From: Candidatus Undinarchaeota archaeon
Lineage (GTDB): Archaea > SpSt-1190 > DYHY01 > CAZGQF01
Direction: 5' to 3'
DNA: 64,000 nt
NCBI GenBank assembly: GCA_964527545.1
Contig: CAZGQF010000002.1
Span: 23,452 to 87,451, forward strand
Shown: one piece after another, positions 1-8,453 of the stretch
How positions within the stretch are numbered: position 1 is the first letter of the stretch
How the letters are laid out: each line of letters starts with the position of its first letter
Program-made: the position numbers and the translations under genes
The notes under the pieces: model-generated
The model's input: the letters and a program-made list of their open reading frames with translations, nothing else
Databases searched by the model: none
Told to the model about the DNA's origin: nothing

Positions 1-1
1 C

Positions 2-1378
2 ACCACCGCCCACTACGCCTGCGCTGTCCTCTCCTGGGACGAGCCGGCCGTACTGCGACACGTGGAGGAGAACCCCAGCGCTGTGCGCCTCTCCAACTGC
101 GGCTCGAGAGGTGATGACCTGGAGTTCCTCCCCATCTGGAGCTTCTCGGACTGCGCCTTGGACTCGGACAGGTACGACCACTACTACGACATCCGCCTCT
201 CTGTCGACTACGAAACAGAGCTTGGAGGTATGGCCATCGCTCCCCAAAGTGGCGGCGACCATTACGTCTACTTCGGAAACCTCACTTCTTCTAGCGCAGA
301 ACCTGCCCTTTTCGAGAGGGTGGAGGCGCCGAACTGGACCGCAGAGGAGGAGAGCGTGGAGGAGCAACTCCTGCTCAATGCTACCCCCGCCCTCAACGCC
401 AGCGCCGCGCCCTCATTCAACATCTCCGGCAACGGCTCTGCCAGCTACAGGGCGACTCTCTGCCAGGAGGCTGTCGAGAACGCCACGGTCTGGGCAGACG
501 GCGAACCGGTCTGGGAGAGAGAGCTGTTCACAGGAAACGCCTCACTCTTTCTCGGCCCAGTCCGAGAGCTATCGTTCACGCAGTCCGGCCGCGCTCCCGT
601 CAACCTCACTTCCCTCTCCTTCCGTTTCAAGGAGGTCGCCAGGGACGTCTCTTTCTCCAACCTCACCTTCCTCCCCCTCATCTCATCCCCTCTCAACTTC
701 ACACTCCCCTCCCCCAACGTCACCCACAACTCTTCCTTCCCCCTCCTCATCACCTCCTGGATCAACGCAAGCAGGAGCTGGGAGGCGGAGCCGTTTTCAA
801 GGAGAGAGGGCGGTTCTCTCTTCAACTCGCTCTTTCTCTTCTTCCCCCTGTCCGCGAGAGAGAAAACAGTCAGTTTCGAGATAGAAGAAAACTCGACGTC
901 GAGGGAGAGCGGGGCGCCTTTTCTCTGGAGAGACGGCAAAGTCACTCTTTTTCCCAATTCATCTGCTCTCTTCTTCAACTGGACCTTTTCTCTCCCCGCG
1001 GTCGAGGAGGAGCGGGACGAGAGGCCGAGGCCGATGGCCGCCGAAGAGAAAAGCGGGCGGTCAGGCTCTTTTTCGTTTGACCTGGCCGCGGAGGAGAGAG
1101 AGCTTGAGGAGAAGAGTCCGGATCCAGAGCGGAGGGATTTTGACCCTCCAAAGCCTGTGGGCTCTGAGTCCATCTCAAGGAGGCTGGAGGGGATGAGGCT
1201 GGAGGACGGAGAGCAGGACGTTCAGGCGGAGGAGAGCGACAAGGCCAGACAGGCGCCTGTCCGCGAGTCGGAGCGGCCGGAGAACGTCACTTCAGAGTCC
1301 GGGTCGCCCGGCAAGGCGGCTTTCCCCCTCCTCTTTCTCGTCGCCCTCACTTTCCTTCTGAAATCCTGGAGTGGATGA
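2..1378 (+). CDS. Surface glycoprotein, 5'-truncated at window edge (sequon-rich ectodomain, C-terminal membrane anchor)
   Basis: Frame is open from the first bases of the window to the stop at 1376-1378; dense N-x-S/T sequons (NLT, NWT, NAT, NAS, NIS, NGS, NFT, NVT); ends in hydrophobic segment AAFPLLFLVALTFLL. Confidence 0.55.
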   Translation, partial: TTAHYACAVLSWDEPAVLRHVEENPSAVRLSNCGSRGDDLEFLPIWSFSDCALDSDRYDHYYDIRLSVDYETELGGMAIAPQSGGDHYVYFGNLTSSSAEPALFERVEAPNWTAEEESVEEQLLLNATPALNASAAPSFNISGNGSASYRATLCQEAVENATVWADGEPVWERELFTGNASLFLGPVRELSFTQSGRAPVNLTSLSFRFKEVARDVSFSNLTFLPLISSPLNFTLPSPNVTHNSSFPLLITSWINASRSWEAEPFSRREGGSLFNSLFLFFPLSAREKTVSFEIEENSTSRESGAPFLWRDGKVTLFPNSSALFFNWTFSLPAVEEERDERPRPMAAEEKSGRSGSFSFDLAAEERELEEKSPDPERRDFDPPKPVGSESISRRLEGMRLEDGEQDVQAEESDKARQAPVRESERPENVTSESGSPGKAAFPLLFLVALTFLLKSWSG

Positions 1379-1790
1379 AGCTCTCTATCCTCTCAGGGTC
1401 CCTCACGCCGTCGATGCTCTCCTCAAAATCTCCAGTCCCACTCGTGTCGATCCCTATCGTCCCAAGGTCGAACAGCCTCTCGACGAAGCTCTTCTTCACC
1501 CTCAAGTCGGTTATCCTGCCGTAGGGGACGTGTATCCAGTCCTTGGAGAAAAGGCCGGTCTCCTGGATGATCTGCTGGTTCGTGAAGTGGTAGGCGCGAG
1601 ACATCAGCTTCAGCTCGCCGTATCCGAGGATGGCGAGCGCCACGGGCAGCGCCAGCCAGAGGCGCGTGAGGAGAAAGAAGAGGAGGACGACTATAGCGGC
1701 CGCGTAGAAGAACGGCTGAGTGAGGCGGGAGGGGTGTGTGGAGAAGACCAGCTTCTCATCAGGTCCGAGGCTCTCCTCCAGTTCGCTCAT
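1347..1790 (-). CDS. Membrane-flanked PH-domain protein (bPH_2/YdbS-like)
   Basis: ORF track 1347..1838; start moved to internal ATG at 1790 because the upstream codons overlap the tRNA at 1792-1880; N-terminal hydrophobic helices followed by a soluble domain. Confidence 0.5.
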   Translation of the reverse strand: MSELEESLGPDEKLVFSTHPSRLTQPFFYAAAIVVLLFFLLTRLWLALPVALAILGYGELKLMSRAYHFTNQQIIQETGLFSKDWIHVPYGRITDLRVKKSFVERLFDLGTIGIDTSGTGDFEESIDGVRDPERIESFIHSRISEGK

Positions 1791-1791
1791 A

Positions 1792-1880
1792 TGGGCCCGG
1801 AGGGATTCGAACCCCCGATCCACTGGTTTCTTCCGCAAAGACCGAAGCCAGTTGCCCTATCCAGACTAGGCCACGGGCCC
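1792..1880 (-). tRNA. tRNA-Arg (anticodon UCG) with ~14-nt intron after position 37
   Basis: Manual fold of reverse complement: acceptor GGGCCCG/CGGGCCC, D arm GCCT-AGTCTGGATA-GGGC, anticodon stem ACTGG/CCAGT enclosing 21 nt (7-nt loop CUUCGGA plus 14-nt insert), T arm GGGGG-TTCGAAT-CCCTC, discriminator A. Confidence 0.65.
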
Positions 1881-1930
1881 GTGGAGATTGTGGAGGCGGA
1901 TTAAATAAGCGTTTCATACACGAGAAACCC

Positions 1931-1950
1931 CATTTATTAACTATATAATG
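1931..1950 (+). promoter_or_regulatory. Archaeal TATA-box promoter candidate (TTATTAACTATATAA)
   Basis: AT-rich block with TATATAA at 1943-1949, about 45 nt upstream of the ATG at 1994. Confidence 0.4.
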
Positions 1951-1993
1951 GTAAAATAATTAAGCTAGTGTTGCTTATTGTTTGATAGGGGAG

Positions 1994-2293
1994 ATGATCG
2001 GCTTGGCCCTATACAAGCGCTCATACAAGAAAAAAAGCTATGGCGGGACTTCTTCGGGTAGAAAGGGGTTCGACGAGCTGTCATATGCAAAAGGGGAGCT
2101 TTCCAAGAAGGGTCTCACTTATGACAGTCTGGTTAAGGACATGAAGACCGCGAAGGACAATACGTGGGGGGGAAGGCCTCTCTCGGCTGCAGTGAACTAT
2201 GCGAAGCGGCAGTTTGGGGTTTCGGGGAAGGTGATGGACATACTGCAGCGTAAGGGAGACCTTCACAAGAAGTACTGGGGATATGGTAATTGA
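1994..2293 (+). CDS. Hypothetical small basic K/Y/G-rich protein
   Basis: ORF track 1982..2293; first ATG at 1994; low-complexity basic composition (YKRSYKKKSYGG...), no recognisable domain. Confidence 0.4.
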   Translation: MIGLALYKRSYKKKSYGGTSSGRKGFDELSYAKGELSKKGLTYDSLVKDMKTAKDNTWGGRPLSAAVNYAKRQFGVSGKVMDILQRKGDLHKKYWGYGN

Positions 2294-2369
2294 GGCCTTT
2301 TAGTTACTAATAGGTAGTAACATTTAAAAGAGCGCGTTGCGTAATTCAATTAGGGTAGGCGGAAAATCG

Positions 2370-3794
2370 ATGGGAAAAGTCAAGAGGCTCTTCAAAAAGA
2401 TAGGCAGGGGCTTCAAGAAGGCCGGGAAAGGAGTGAAGAAAGGCGTCACATATCTTCCTGGCAAGGCGAAGAAGGCCTACCAGAGCAGGAAGGAGACGTC
2501 TGCCGGACGCCCAAGCTGGAGAGAGAGGCGGAGCTGGAGGAAGGCGGAGAAGAAGTACAAGAAGAGCAAGGAAGGGCCAGGCCTTTTTGGGAAGATGAAG
2601 GAGAGGATCGGGTCATACAGGGAAGGTAAGAAAAGGAAGGAGGTGAAGGATTTTGAGAGGGCAAAGAAATCCCTTGATGACATCAGGGAGAGGCACAAGA
2701 AAGTCCAGGAGGCCTTGCGGGGTACAGGCAAGATAAGGAAGGCAAAGCCGGGCGAGACAAGTGGACCTTTTGGGTACCATGTCGAGAAAGGCTACCTCGG
2801 GAAGAAGCTCGGCAGGGAGAGGAAGAAGCTCGACAAGGAGTTCGCGAAACTCGGCGCGAAATTTGAGGAGAAGAGAAAGTGGCTGGATGCGAAGAAGAAG
2901 TACAATAGGAAGAAGATGCTCAAGCACGCCAAGAAAGAGGGCCTTCTCGACAAGGGGGGCGAGCTCGACGTTCTGAAATACATGGGGAAGACGAAGTGGC
3001 TTTCAGAGGCTGAGAAGCTGAAGACGCACAAGTACGCGAAGAAGATGGGCGAGGCTGTCAGGCAGAGAATGAAGGAGCAGGACAAGTGGACAGCCGAGAA
3101 GACTGATGCTTGGGGCAGATACAAGACTAAGAGGCGGGGTCTGACTAGAGAGTTCGCCGAGAAGTCAGCAAAGTCGAGGGGGGCCTACAAAGGGCTGCTT
3201 TCAGAGAAGGGAGGGGAGATGGGTAGCGCCTTGGACGACCTGAAGTCGTCTGGGTTCTGGGGGAAGATGAGGGCTAGGCGGCTGGCCCGCAAGAAGGCGA
3301 AAGGCCTCCACAAGAAGGGGAAGGAGGTTTTCGAGAATGACTATGAGTTGGGTCACTGGGAAGAAGACCAGGAGATGGTCAAGGGATACGTGAAAGACCT
3401 TGGCGGTTATCTCGGCCGCCACGGAAAGGTCTCACGCGCGTTCGGGACGGCTTCAGAAGGAGTCTCGAAGGGTTTCGGCGAGGTCAAGGAGGCTTACCAG
3501 ACCTGGCGTGCGGAGAAGGCGCTTGGCAAGTATGGGCAGGAGATCCTCGCCGACTACAAGGAGACACTCATGGAGAACCCCAAGAGTGCCCATCTGCAGG
3601 ACTCCATAGAGAGGGTCCTGCTCTCCAAGGGCAGGAAGGGAGAGAAGGTCCTGAAGAAGATGGAGAAGAGCAAGGCCTATAGCGACGTCCTTGCCTCCGG
3701 CCTCTACAAGGGCGCACAGGCTGTCAAGGAGACACTTCAGATAGGTGACAAATATGGCACTGCAAAGGCCGCATACGCGAAAGCAGCATCCTAA
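2370..3794 (+). CDS. Hypothetical lysine-rich highly charged protein (~475 aa)
   Basis: ORF track 2337..3794; ATG at 2370 preceded by TATA-like TTTAAAAG at about 2322-2330; K/R/E/G-rich repeats (KKxGKG, AKK, EKK) throughout; no catalytic motif seen. Confidence 0.5.
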   Translation: MGKVKRLFKKIGRGFKKAGKGVKKGVTYLPGKAKKAYQSRKETSAGRPSWRERRSWRKAEKKYKKSKEGPGLFGKMKERIGSYREGKKRKEVKDFERAKKSLDDIRERHKKVQEALRGTGKIRKAKPGETSGPFGYHVEKGYLGKKLGRERKKLDKEFAKLGAKFEEKRKWLDAKKKYNRKKMLKHAKKEGLLDKGGELDVLKYMGKTKWLSEAEKLKTHKYAKKMGEAVRQRMKEQDKWTAEKTDAWGRYKTKRRGLTREFAEKSAKSRGAYKGLLSEKGGEMGSALDDLKSSGFWGKMRARRLARKKAKGLHKKGKEVFENDYELGHWEEDQEMVKGYVKDLGGYLGRHGKVSRAFGTASEGVSKGFGEVKEAYQTWRAEKALGKYGQEILADYKETLMENPKSAHLQDSIERVLLSKGRKGEKVLKKMEKSKAYSDVLASGLYKGAQAVKETLQIGDKYGTAKAAYAKAAS

Positions 3795-3815
3795 CTCGGC
3801 ATCGAGGAGACAAGA

Positions 3816-4586
3816 ATGGGGAGGATATGGAACTTTCTGAAGGGGTTGATTGATCCTGCTAGGGGGCTGGCCAGCCCACACTTTCAGTTTTCGAAGGCTG
3901 TTCCCAGTAAGACCTACGGGCAGTCTGCTGGTGTATCTGGTGGGACGGAGACTGCTGCAGGTCCCCCTGAAGTCTCGTCTCCTGAGAGCAGGAAGGTGGC
4001 ACAGGGTCCTGAGATCGGCAAGGGCGGGACCGGTCTCGATGGTAAGATGAAGTCGGTCTACAGGGTGAGGGCTGCGAAGAAATCGCCCGAAGACGCCACA
4101 CCTGTTGACCGCGGGTTCGTCGCCTATACAGAGATAGGGAGGGGGCTTTCCAAGGAGGACAAAAAAGAGAGCGCAAGGTCGTTTTTCGGAGCCTTCACTC
4201 CCTACTTGAACAGGATATATGGTAGCAACAGAGCAGGAGCCCGCAATGTAGTGAACGAGGATGGGATTGTTGGACTTTTCAATGACGTCTATGGCAGGCT
4301 CTCGGCTGATGAGCAGGTGGAGATGCTCGAGTCCCTGAAGGGACCGCTTAAGAGCTACAAGGGGATTGCCATAGGGACGAAGAAAGGATATTCCGAGACA
4401 AAGAAGGCCTTCTCCGCAGTTGCTGAGAAAGGGAAAGGTTCCTTCAAGGACAGGGAAGCGCTCAAACAGGCCTCTGCAGACTCTCTGAAAACTGGTGGTG
4501 TGGTCGGCCTGCCTGAAGGGAGCTACAGGTCGCCTGGCTCGACTGCCAAGGACGGCAACTATTCAAAGGCGAAGGCAGAGGCGTGA
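3816..4586 (+). CDS. Hypothetical basic G/K/Y-rich protein
   Basis: ORF 256 aa, GGAGG-like RBS just upstream, 21 nt after the stop of the preceding gene (likely co-transcribed). Confidence 0.45.
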   Translation: MGRIWNFLKGLIDPARGLASPHFQFSKAVPSKTYGQSAGVSGGTETAAGPPEVSSPESRKVAQGPEIGKGGTGLDGKMKSVYRVRAAKKSPEDATPVDRGFVAYTEIGRGLSKEDKKESARSFFGAFTPYLNRIYGSNRAGARNVVNEDGIVGLFNDVYGRLSADEQVEMLESLKGPLKSYKGIAIGTKKGYSETKKAFSAVAEKGKGSFKDREALKQASADSLKTGGVVGLPEGSYRSPGSTAKDGNYSKAKAEA

Positions 4587-4597
4587 CTCGACTCATG

Positions 4598-5062
4598 TCA
4601 CTCTTTTTTGACCATGAAGAAGTGCATCTCCCTGAAGCCGAACTCCCTGTAGAACTCTTTCGCGTTATTGTTGGAGTGGTAGCCGATGACCTGGACTCTC
4701 TCCAACCCCCTCTCCTCGAACCAGCGGAGGACCTGCTTTATCAGCTCGCTGCCGACTCCCCTCCCACGATGGCCTTCTTTCACGTAGAAGAGGCCTATGT
4801 TCCCCTTCCTCTCGTGTATTGACCAGTCGCCCCCCTCCTCTTCCTCCTCCGCCATCGCCATGCCGACCGGCTCGCCTTCAATCTCTGCGATGAAGACGAC
4901 GCTCTCGTCGGAGGAGAGCTTGCGGATCAGCTTCGAGAGCTTGAGATGCCTCGCCTCCTCCTTGATTGCGTCGTCGAACTGGCGCTCGAAATCTGCGAGC
5001 CTCTGCTGGAAACGGTCGACCAGGCCGATGTCGTCGAGAGTCGCTTTCCTGATCGAGACCAT
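4598..5062 (-). CDS. GNAT family N-acetyltransferase
   Basis: ORF track 4598..5077, start likely the ATG at 5062; acetyl-CoA binding motif HRGRGVGSELIKQV and GNAT-like length. Confidence 0.65.
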   Translation of the reverse strand: MVSIRKATLDDIGLVDRFQQRLADFERQFDDAIKEEARHLKLSKLIRKLSSDESVVFIAEIEGEPVGMAMAEEEEEGGDWSIHERKGNIGLFYVKEGHRGRGVGSELIKQVLRWFEERGLERVQVIGYHSNNNAKEFYREFGFREMHFFMVKKE

Positions 5063-5112
5063 GTTTCCTGGCGTCAAATTATCTATTTAAGGAAGGGGCA
5101 TTGGGGCCGCCC

Positions 5113-5394
5113 ATGGCCAAGGAGGTCCACGCCAGCCACATACTGGTAAAGAGCAAAGAGGAAGCGAGAGAGATATTGGAAAAGCTGAAGGGCGGAGCAA
5201 AGTTCTCGGCCATCGCAAAAAAGAGGTCTGCATGCCCATCAGGGAAGAAGGGCGGCGACCTCGGCTGGTTCACGCGCGGCAGGATGGTGAAGCCCTTCGA
5301 GAAGGCAGCCTTCTCGATGGAGAAAGGCGAAGTCTCTGAGCCTGTCAAGACGCAGTTCGGCTGGCACGTAATCAAAGTATTGGAGAAGAGGTAG
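5113..5394 (+). CDS. Parvulin-type peptidyl-prolyl cis-trans isomerase (single domain)
   Basis: ASHILVK...GGDLGWF...FGWHVIKV is the parvulin/PpiC core; about 93 aa from the ATG at 5113. Confidence 0.7.
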   Translation: MAKEVHASHILVKSKEEAREILEKLKGGAKFSAIAKKRSACPSGKKGGDLGWFTRGRMVKPFEKAAFSMEKGEVSEPVKTQFGWHVIKVLEKR

Positions 5395-5757
5395 TCAGCT
5401 TTTCATCTCCAGCTCTACTATCTTGTAGCCTTTTCCTGAGAGGGGAGTCACGAGGGTGCTCTTGCAATCGCCGCACTCTATGACGACATTTTCTCCCTCG
5501 CCGAATACCTGGTGCGGCCGTCCTTCGAAGCCGCAGATGCACTTGACGAGTCCTGGCTCCCTGTCAACGGTGAGCCTGCAGTTCTCTGCGGCACTGCCCT
5601 TGCTCAGCGTCCTGAACCAGGAGGCGAACTGGTGGGTGTTGATGCCGGAGAGCTCACCGATGGAGACCTTGACACTGCCCACCGAGCTGGCGTTGCGTCT
5701 CTCAGCGGTCTTCAGAACCTCTGAGACAACGGACTCAGCTGCTGCAAGAGGCTTCAT
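5395..5757 (-). CDS. HypA-like zinc-finger protein (hydrogenase nickel-insertion factor family)
   Basis: Pattern matches HypA as recalled (GxxxVxxVxLxIGxxS...GSxAExCxL...CxCG...CxxC); begins MKP rather than the MHE nickel-binding N-terminus. Confidence 0.45.
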   Translation of the reverse strand: MKPLAAAESVVSEVLKTAERRNASSVGSVKVSIGELSGINTHQFASWFRTLSKGSAAENCRLTVDREPGLVKCICGFEGRPHQVFGEGENVVIECGDCKSTLVTPLSGKGYKIVELEMKS

Positions 5758-6045
5758 GTGGGCGGGAGGCAACGCAGGTTAAAATGGTTAATGGGATGCA
5801 CCCCCGAAGGGGTGCGGTGGGTGAGAATAGCTGGTTGGGCCGAAGCCCAACCAAGCAAGTGGGTGACGAGAACTGCGCGAAACCGCACAGTTTACGCCGC
5901 ATTCTGGATTGGAGTCCTTTGCCTTAAATAGATTATGGTTATGGGAAGAGGATTTATATGGCTGAAACCATAATTATCACAAGGAACAGTGTAGCATTAT
6001 GGTCTGGACTAAAAACGATTTAAGCTTCCGGAGCTGAAAAACTTT

Positions 6046-6789
6046 ATGGAGCTCTTCGCCGCCCTCGACAACCCTGCCAGGAGGGAGATATTGAAGAAGG
6101 CCCTCATGGAGGGCTCCATCTCCCGGGAAGAGAGCTTCGGAGTGGCAGACCTCAGCAAGCCCACCATCTACGAGCACTTCCGCATCCTCGTCGACTCTGG
6201 TTTGCTGGAGCCCTCCACGCTGAAGAGGTTCAGGGTCTCGCCGGAGTACCAGACAGCGCTCAAGCTCCTTCTCTTTCCCCAGTCGGACGTCGAGTACCTC
6301 GACCTCAACATGAGCACCTGGCGAATCCTCGAGCACCAGTCCCAGTTTGTCTCCGTGGTCGACGAGATACTGACCGGCCTCGGCAGGGGCGACTCTGTCT
6401 ACAACATCACCACCGTCTACGGCCTCATCAGGATGTACAACCACGACCAGGAGACAGGCTACTTCTCCACCATGGCAGAGAAGGGGATCGACCTGAAGAT
6501 ACTGGCGCCGGTGACGCGGGCCAACCTCGAGGAGTGCAGGCACATGAGCGGGCTGATGGAGATGCGCCATCTCACGGATGAGAACCTCGGCCTCAAGCTC
6601 TCCCTCCAGGGGAAGGAGAACGTCTTTCTCTGGTTCATGGAGCAGGAGGAGAACCTTGGCATAGGCGAGGAGGAGCTTGTCTTCTGGCTGAAGGGGTCGG
6701 TCTTCAACGACGCATTCACCACGGTTTTCGACTACCTCTGGAGGAGGAGCGAGCCGTTCGAGGAGAGGGCGGAGGAGCTGGAAGCATGA
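6046..6789 (+). CDS. Winged-helix transcriptional regulator (TrmB/ArsR-like N-terminal HTH plus C-terminal domain)
   Basis: N-terminus LFAALDNPARREILKKALMEGSISREE...KPTIYEHFRILVDSGLL resembles wHTH regulators. Confidence 0.5.
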   Translation: MELFAALDNPARREILKKALMEGSISREESFGVADLSKPTIYEHFRILVDSGLLEPSTLKRFRVSPEYQTALKLLLFPQSDVEYLDLNMSTWRILEHQSQFVSVVDEILTGLGRGDSVYNITTVYGLIRMYNHDQETGYFSTMAEKGIDLKILAPVTRANLEECRHMSGLMEMRHLTDENLGLKLSLQGKENVFLWFMEQEENLGIGEEELVFWLKGSVFNDAFTTVFDYLWRRSEPFEERAEELEA

Positions 6790-6805
6790 GTGATGGAGAC
6801 CACCA

Positions 6806-7945
6806 TTAGAGACTCCCCCACTTCACTTCGCCGTCGACTATGGTCGCCTTCACCTGCCAGTTGAGTTCGCGCCCTTCGTAGGGAGACCAGCCGCACCTGC
6901 TCTCTATGGTCTCGCTCGTCACTCTCCACGGCCTCTTCTCCAGCACAACAAGGTCGGCCGGCTTCCCGACCTCAAGGCCTGCCTCAATGTTCATCAGTCC
7001 CGCCGGGTTGTAGACGCACTTGCGGAGGACGTCGTCGAGCGTGAGCCATCCCTCCTCGACGCCCGACATCAAGAGCGGCAGCAGCGTGTCGAGCTCAGGG
7101 ACTCCGCTCGGCGCGTTGTCCAGCTTCTCCTCGCGCGTGTGGGGCGCGTGGTCTGTCCCGATGCAGTAGACCTCTCCCAGGGAGAGACGCAGCTCTTTCA
7201 CCTCCCTCGGCGAGCGGAGCGGAGGGTTCATCTTTGCGAAAGGCCCCCTCTTTCTGTAGTCTTTCTCGGAGAGGAAGAGGTGGTGCGGCGTCACGTCGCA
7301 GGTATAGGGCGCGGCGAGAGAGACTGAGCGGTAGGTGGAGAGGTGGGTGAAGTGGGCGTTCCCGCCCCCGGCCGCCTTTCTCATCTTCTTCACAGCCTCC
7401 TCCTCCGCAATCGCCGGCCTGCTCTTGCAGTGGTTGGCATCTTCCGTGAAGTAGGAAGCGTCTTCGCAATGGATGACATGGAGCCCCTCTTTTTCGAGGT
7501 GTCTCTCTATCGCTTCGATGGAAAGGCTCTCCGCACCGGTCGTCCCCCCATAGACTATCTTGAAGAAGGGGTAGTCGATATCGAAGTTCTCTTCCGTGGC
7601 GAGGAGATAGTGATGGATCTTCGCGTCGGAGCTGGCCGCCGCCTTCTTTGCTCCTTTCAGCCGGTTGAGGGAGTCGACGGGCGGCGACTTGTTGGGCATG
7701 TCGAAGAGGCGGGCCACGCCTCCGTGGAGGGCTGCCCTCCCGCCGGTCACGAAGTCCTCCTTGTGCGACTGCCCGCCGGGAGCGCGGAGATGGGCGTGGA
7801 TGTCGATCAGCGCGGGCAGGACCATCGCCCCCTTCACGTCGATGCCCTGCCTTGAGCGCGGTTTCTTTCCTATCCTCTCGATTCTCTCCCCATACTCAAC
7901 GAAGCCTTCAGTTTTCCCCCACAGCTTCGCATTCTTAAGCAGCAT
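6806..7945 (-). CDS. pyrC: Dihydroorotase (amidohydrolase family)
   Basis: LPALIDIHAHLRAPG...KEDFVTGGRAALHGGV...MPN and CIGTDHAPH metal-binding motifs; start set at ATG 7945 (ORF track extends to 8086). Confidence 0.7.
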   Translation of the reverse strand: MLLKNAKLWGKTEGFVEYGERIERIGKKPRSRQGIDVKGAMVLPALIDIHAHLRAPGGQSHKEDFVTGGRAALHGGVARLFDMPNKSPPVDSLNRLKGAKKAAASSDAKIHHYLLATEENFDIDYPFFKIVYGGTTGAESLSIEAIERHLEKEGLHVIHCEDASYFTEDANHCKSRPAIAEEEAVKKMRKAAGGGNAHFTHLSTYRSVSLAAPYTCDVTPHHLFLSEKDYRKRGPFAKMNPPLRSPREVKELRLSLGEVYCIGTDHAPHTREEKLDNAPSGVPELDTLLPLLMSGVEEGWLTLDDVLRKCVYNPAGLMNIEAGLEVGKPADLVVLEKRPWRVTSETIESRCGWSPYEGRELNWQVKATIVDGEVKWGSL

Positions 7946-7982
7946 CGGCAAGGCTTTTATCTTGGATGGGCTTAATACAGTT

Positions 7983-8252
7983 ATGGCCAAGAAGAAGTCA
8001 AAGTCGAAAAAGTCAAGCCGCAAGGCGGAGCACAAGAGGAGCGAGAACCTCCTCTTCCTCAGCTCGGTCGGCATCGTCGTCCTCACAGCCTACGGACTCT
8101 CCCTGGTCTTCGGCGAGAGCGTGACGACGCAGAAGATGATCCAGTACACAGTCATCATGGACATGGTGCCTGTCATGATAGGGTTGATAGCCCTCCTCTT
8201 TTTGAACAGGATCCACGAGAGCATAATCGGCGTTGAAGAGGACCTTGACTGA
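7983..8252 (+). CDS. Small membrane protein (hypothetical)
   Basis: In-frame ATG at 7983 inside track ORF 7665..8252; K-rich N-terminus followed by two hydrophobic helices. Confidence 0.4.
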   Translation: MAKKKSKSKKSSRKAEHKRSENLLFLSSVGIVVLTAYGLSLVFGESVTTQKMIQYTVIMDMVPVMIGLIALLFLNRIHESIIGVEEDLD

Positions 8253-8408
8253 ATGAAGCGCAAGCAGAAGAGAAAACTGGCAGGCCTCTTCCTGGCCGCC
8301 CTCGGCACCCTCCTCCTGCTTGAGGAGCTCGGCTTTCTGGAGGCAGATTTGCTGAGGTTCTGGCCCGCCCTGCTGGTGGCTGCCGGCCTCTACATGCTCG
8401 CCAGCTGA
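8253..8408 (+). CDS. Small membrane protein, 51 aa (hypothetical; below ORF-track cutoff)
   Basis: ATG at 8253 overlaps the preceding stop (TGAATG); MKRKQKRKLAGLFLAALGTLLLLEELGF...; stop at 8406-8408. Confidence 0.3.
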   Translation: MKRKQKRKLAGLFLAALGTLLLLEELGFLEADLLRFWPALLVAAGLYMLAS

Positions 8409-8453
8409 CTCCGCGGTGGACACGTTTTTATACGCCCGGAGTCTCAACTCCCC

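Noticed and set aside
111-884. 257-aa Ser/Thr/Pro-rich ORF in an alternative plus frame
   Set aside because: Overlaps in a different frame the sequon-rich surface-protein ORF, which is open to the window edge and has a C-terminal anchor; retained that frame instead.
1791-1838. N-terminal 16 codons of the bPH-domain ORF as given by the ORF track
   Set aside because: These codons overlap the tRNA-Arg gene on the same strand; the internal ATG at 1790 gives a plausible start.
5977-6570. 197-aa ORF on the minus strand
   Set aside because: Antisense to the wHTH regulator gene and overlaps the AT-rich promoter region; no motif.
7946-8086. N-terminal 47 codons of the dihydroorotase ORF as given by the ORF track
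   Set aside because: The extension is hydrophobic and low-complexity and overlaps the small membrane-protein gene region; DHOase homology begins after the ATG at 7945.
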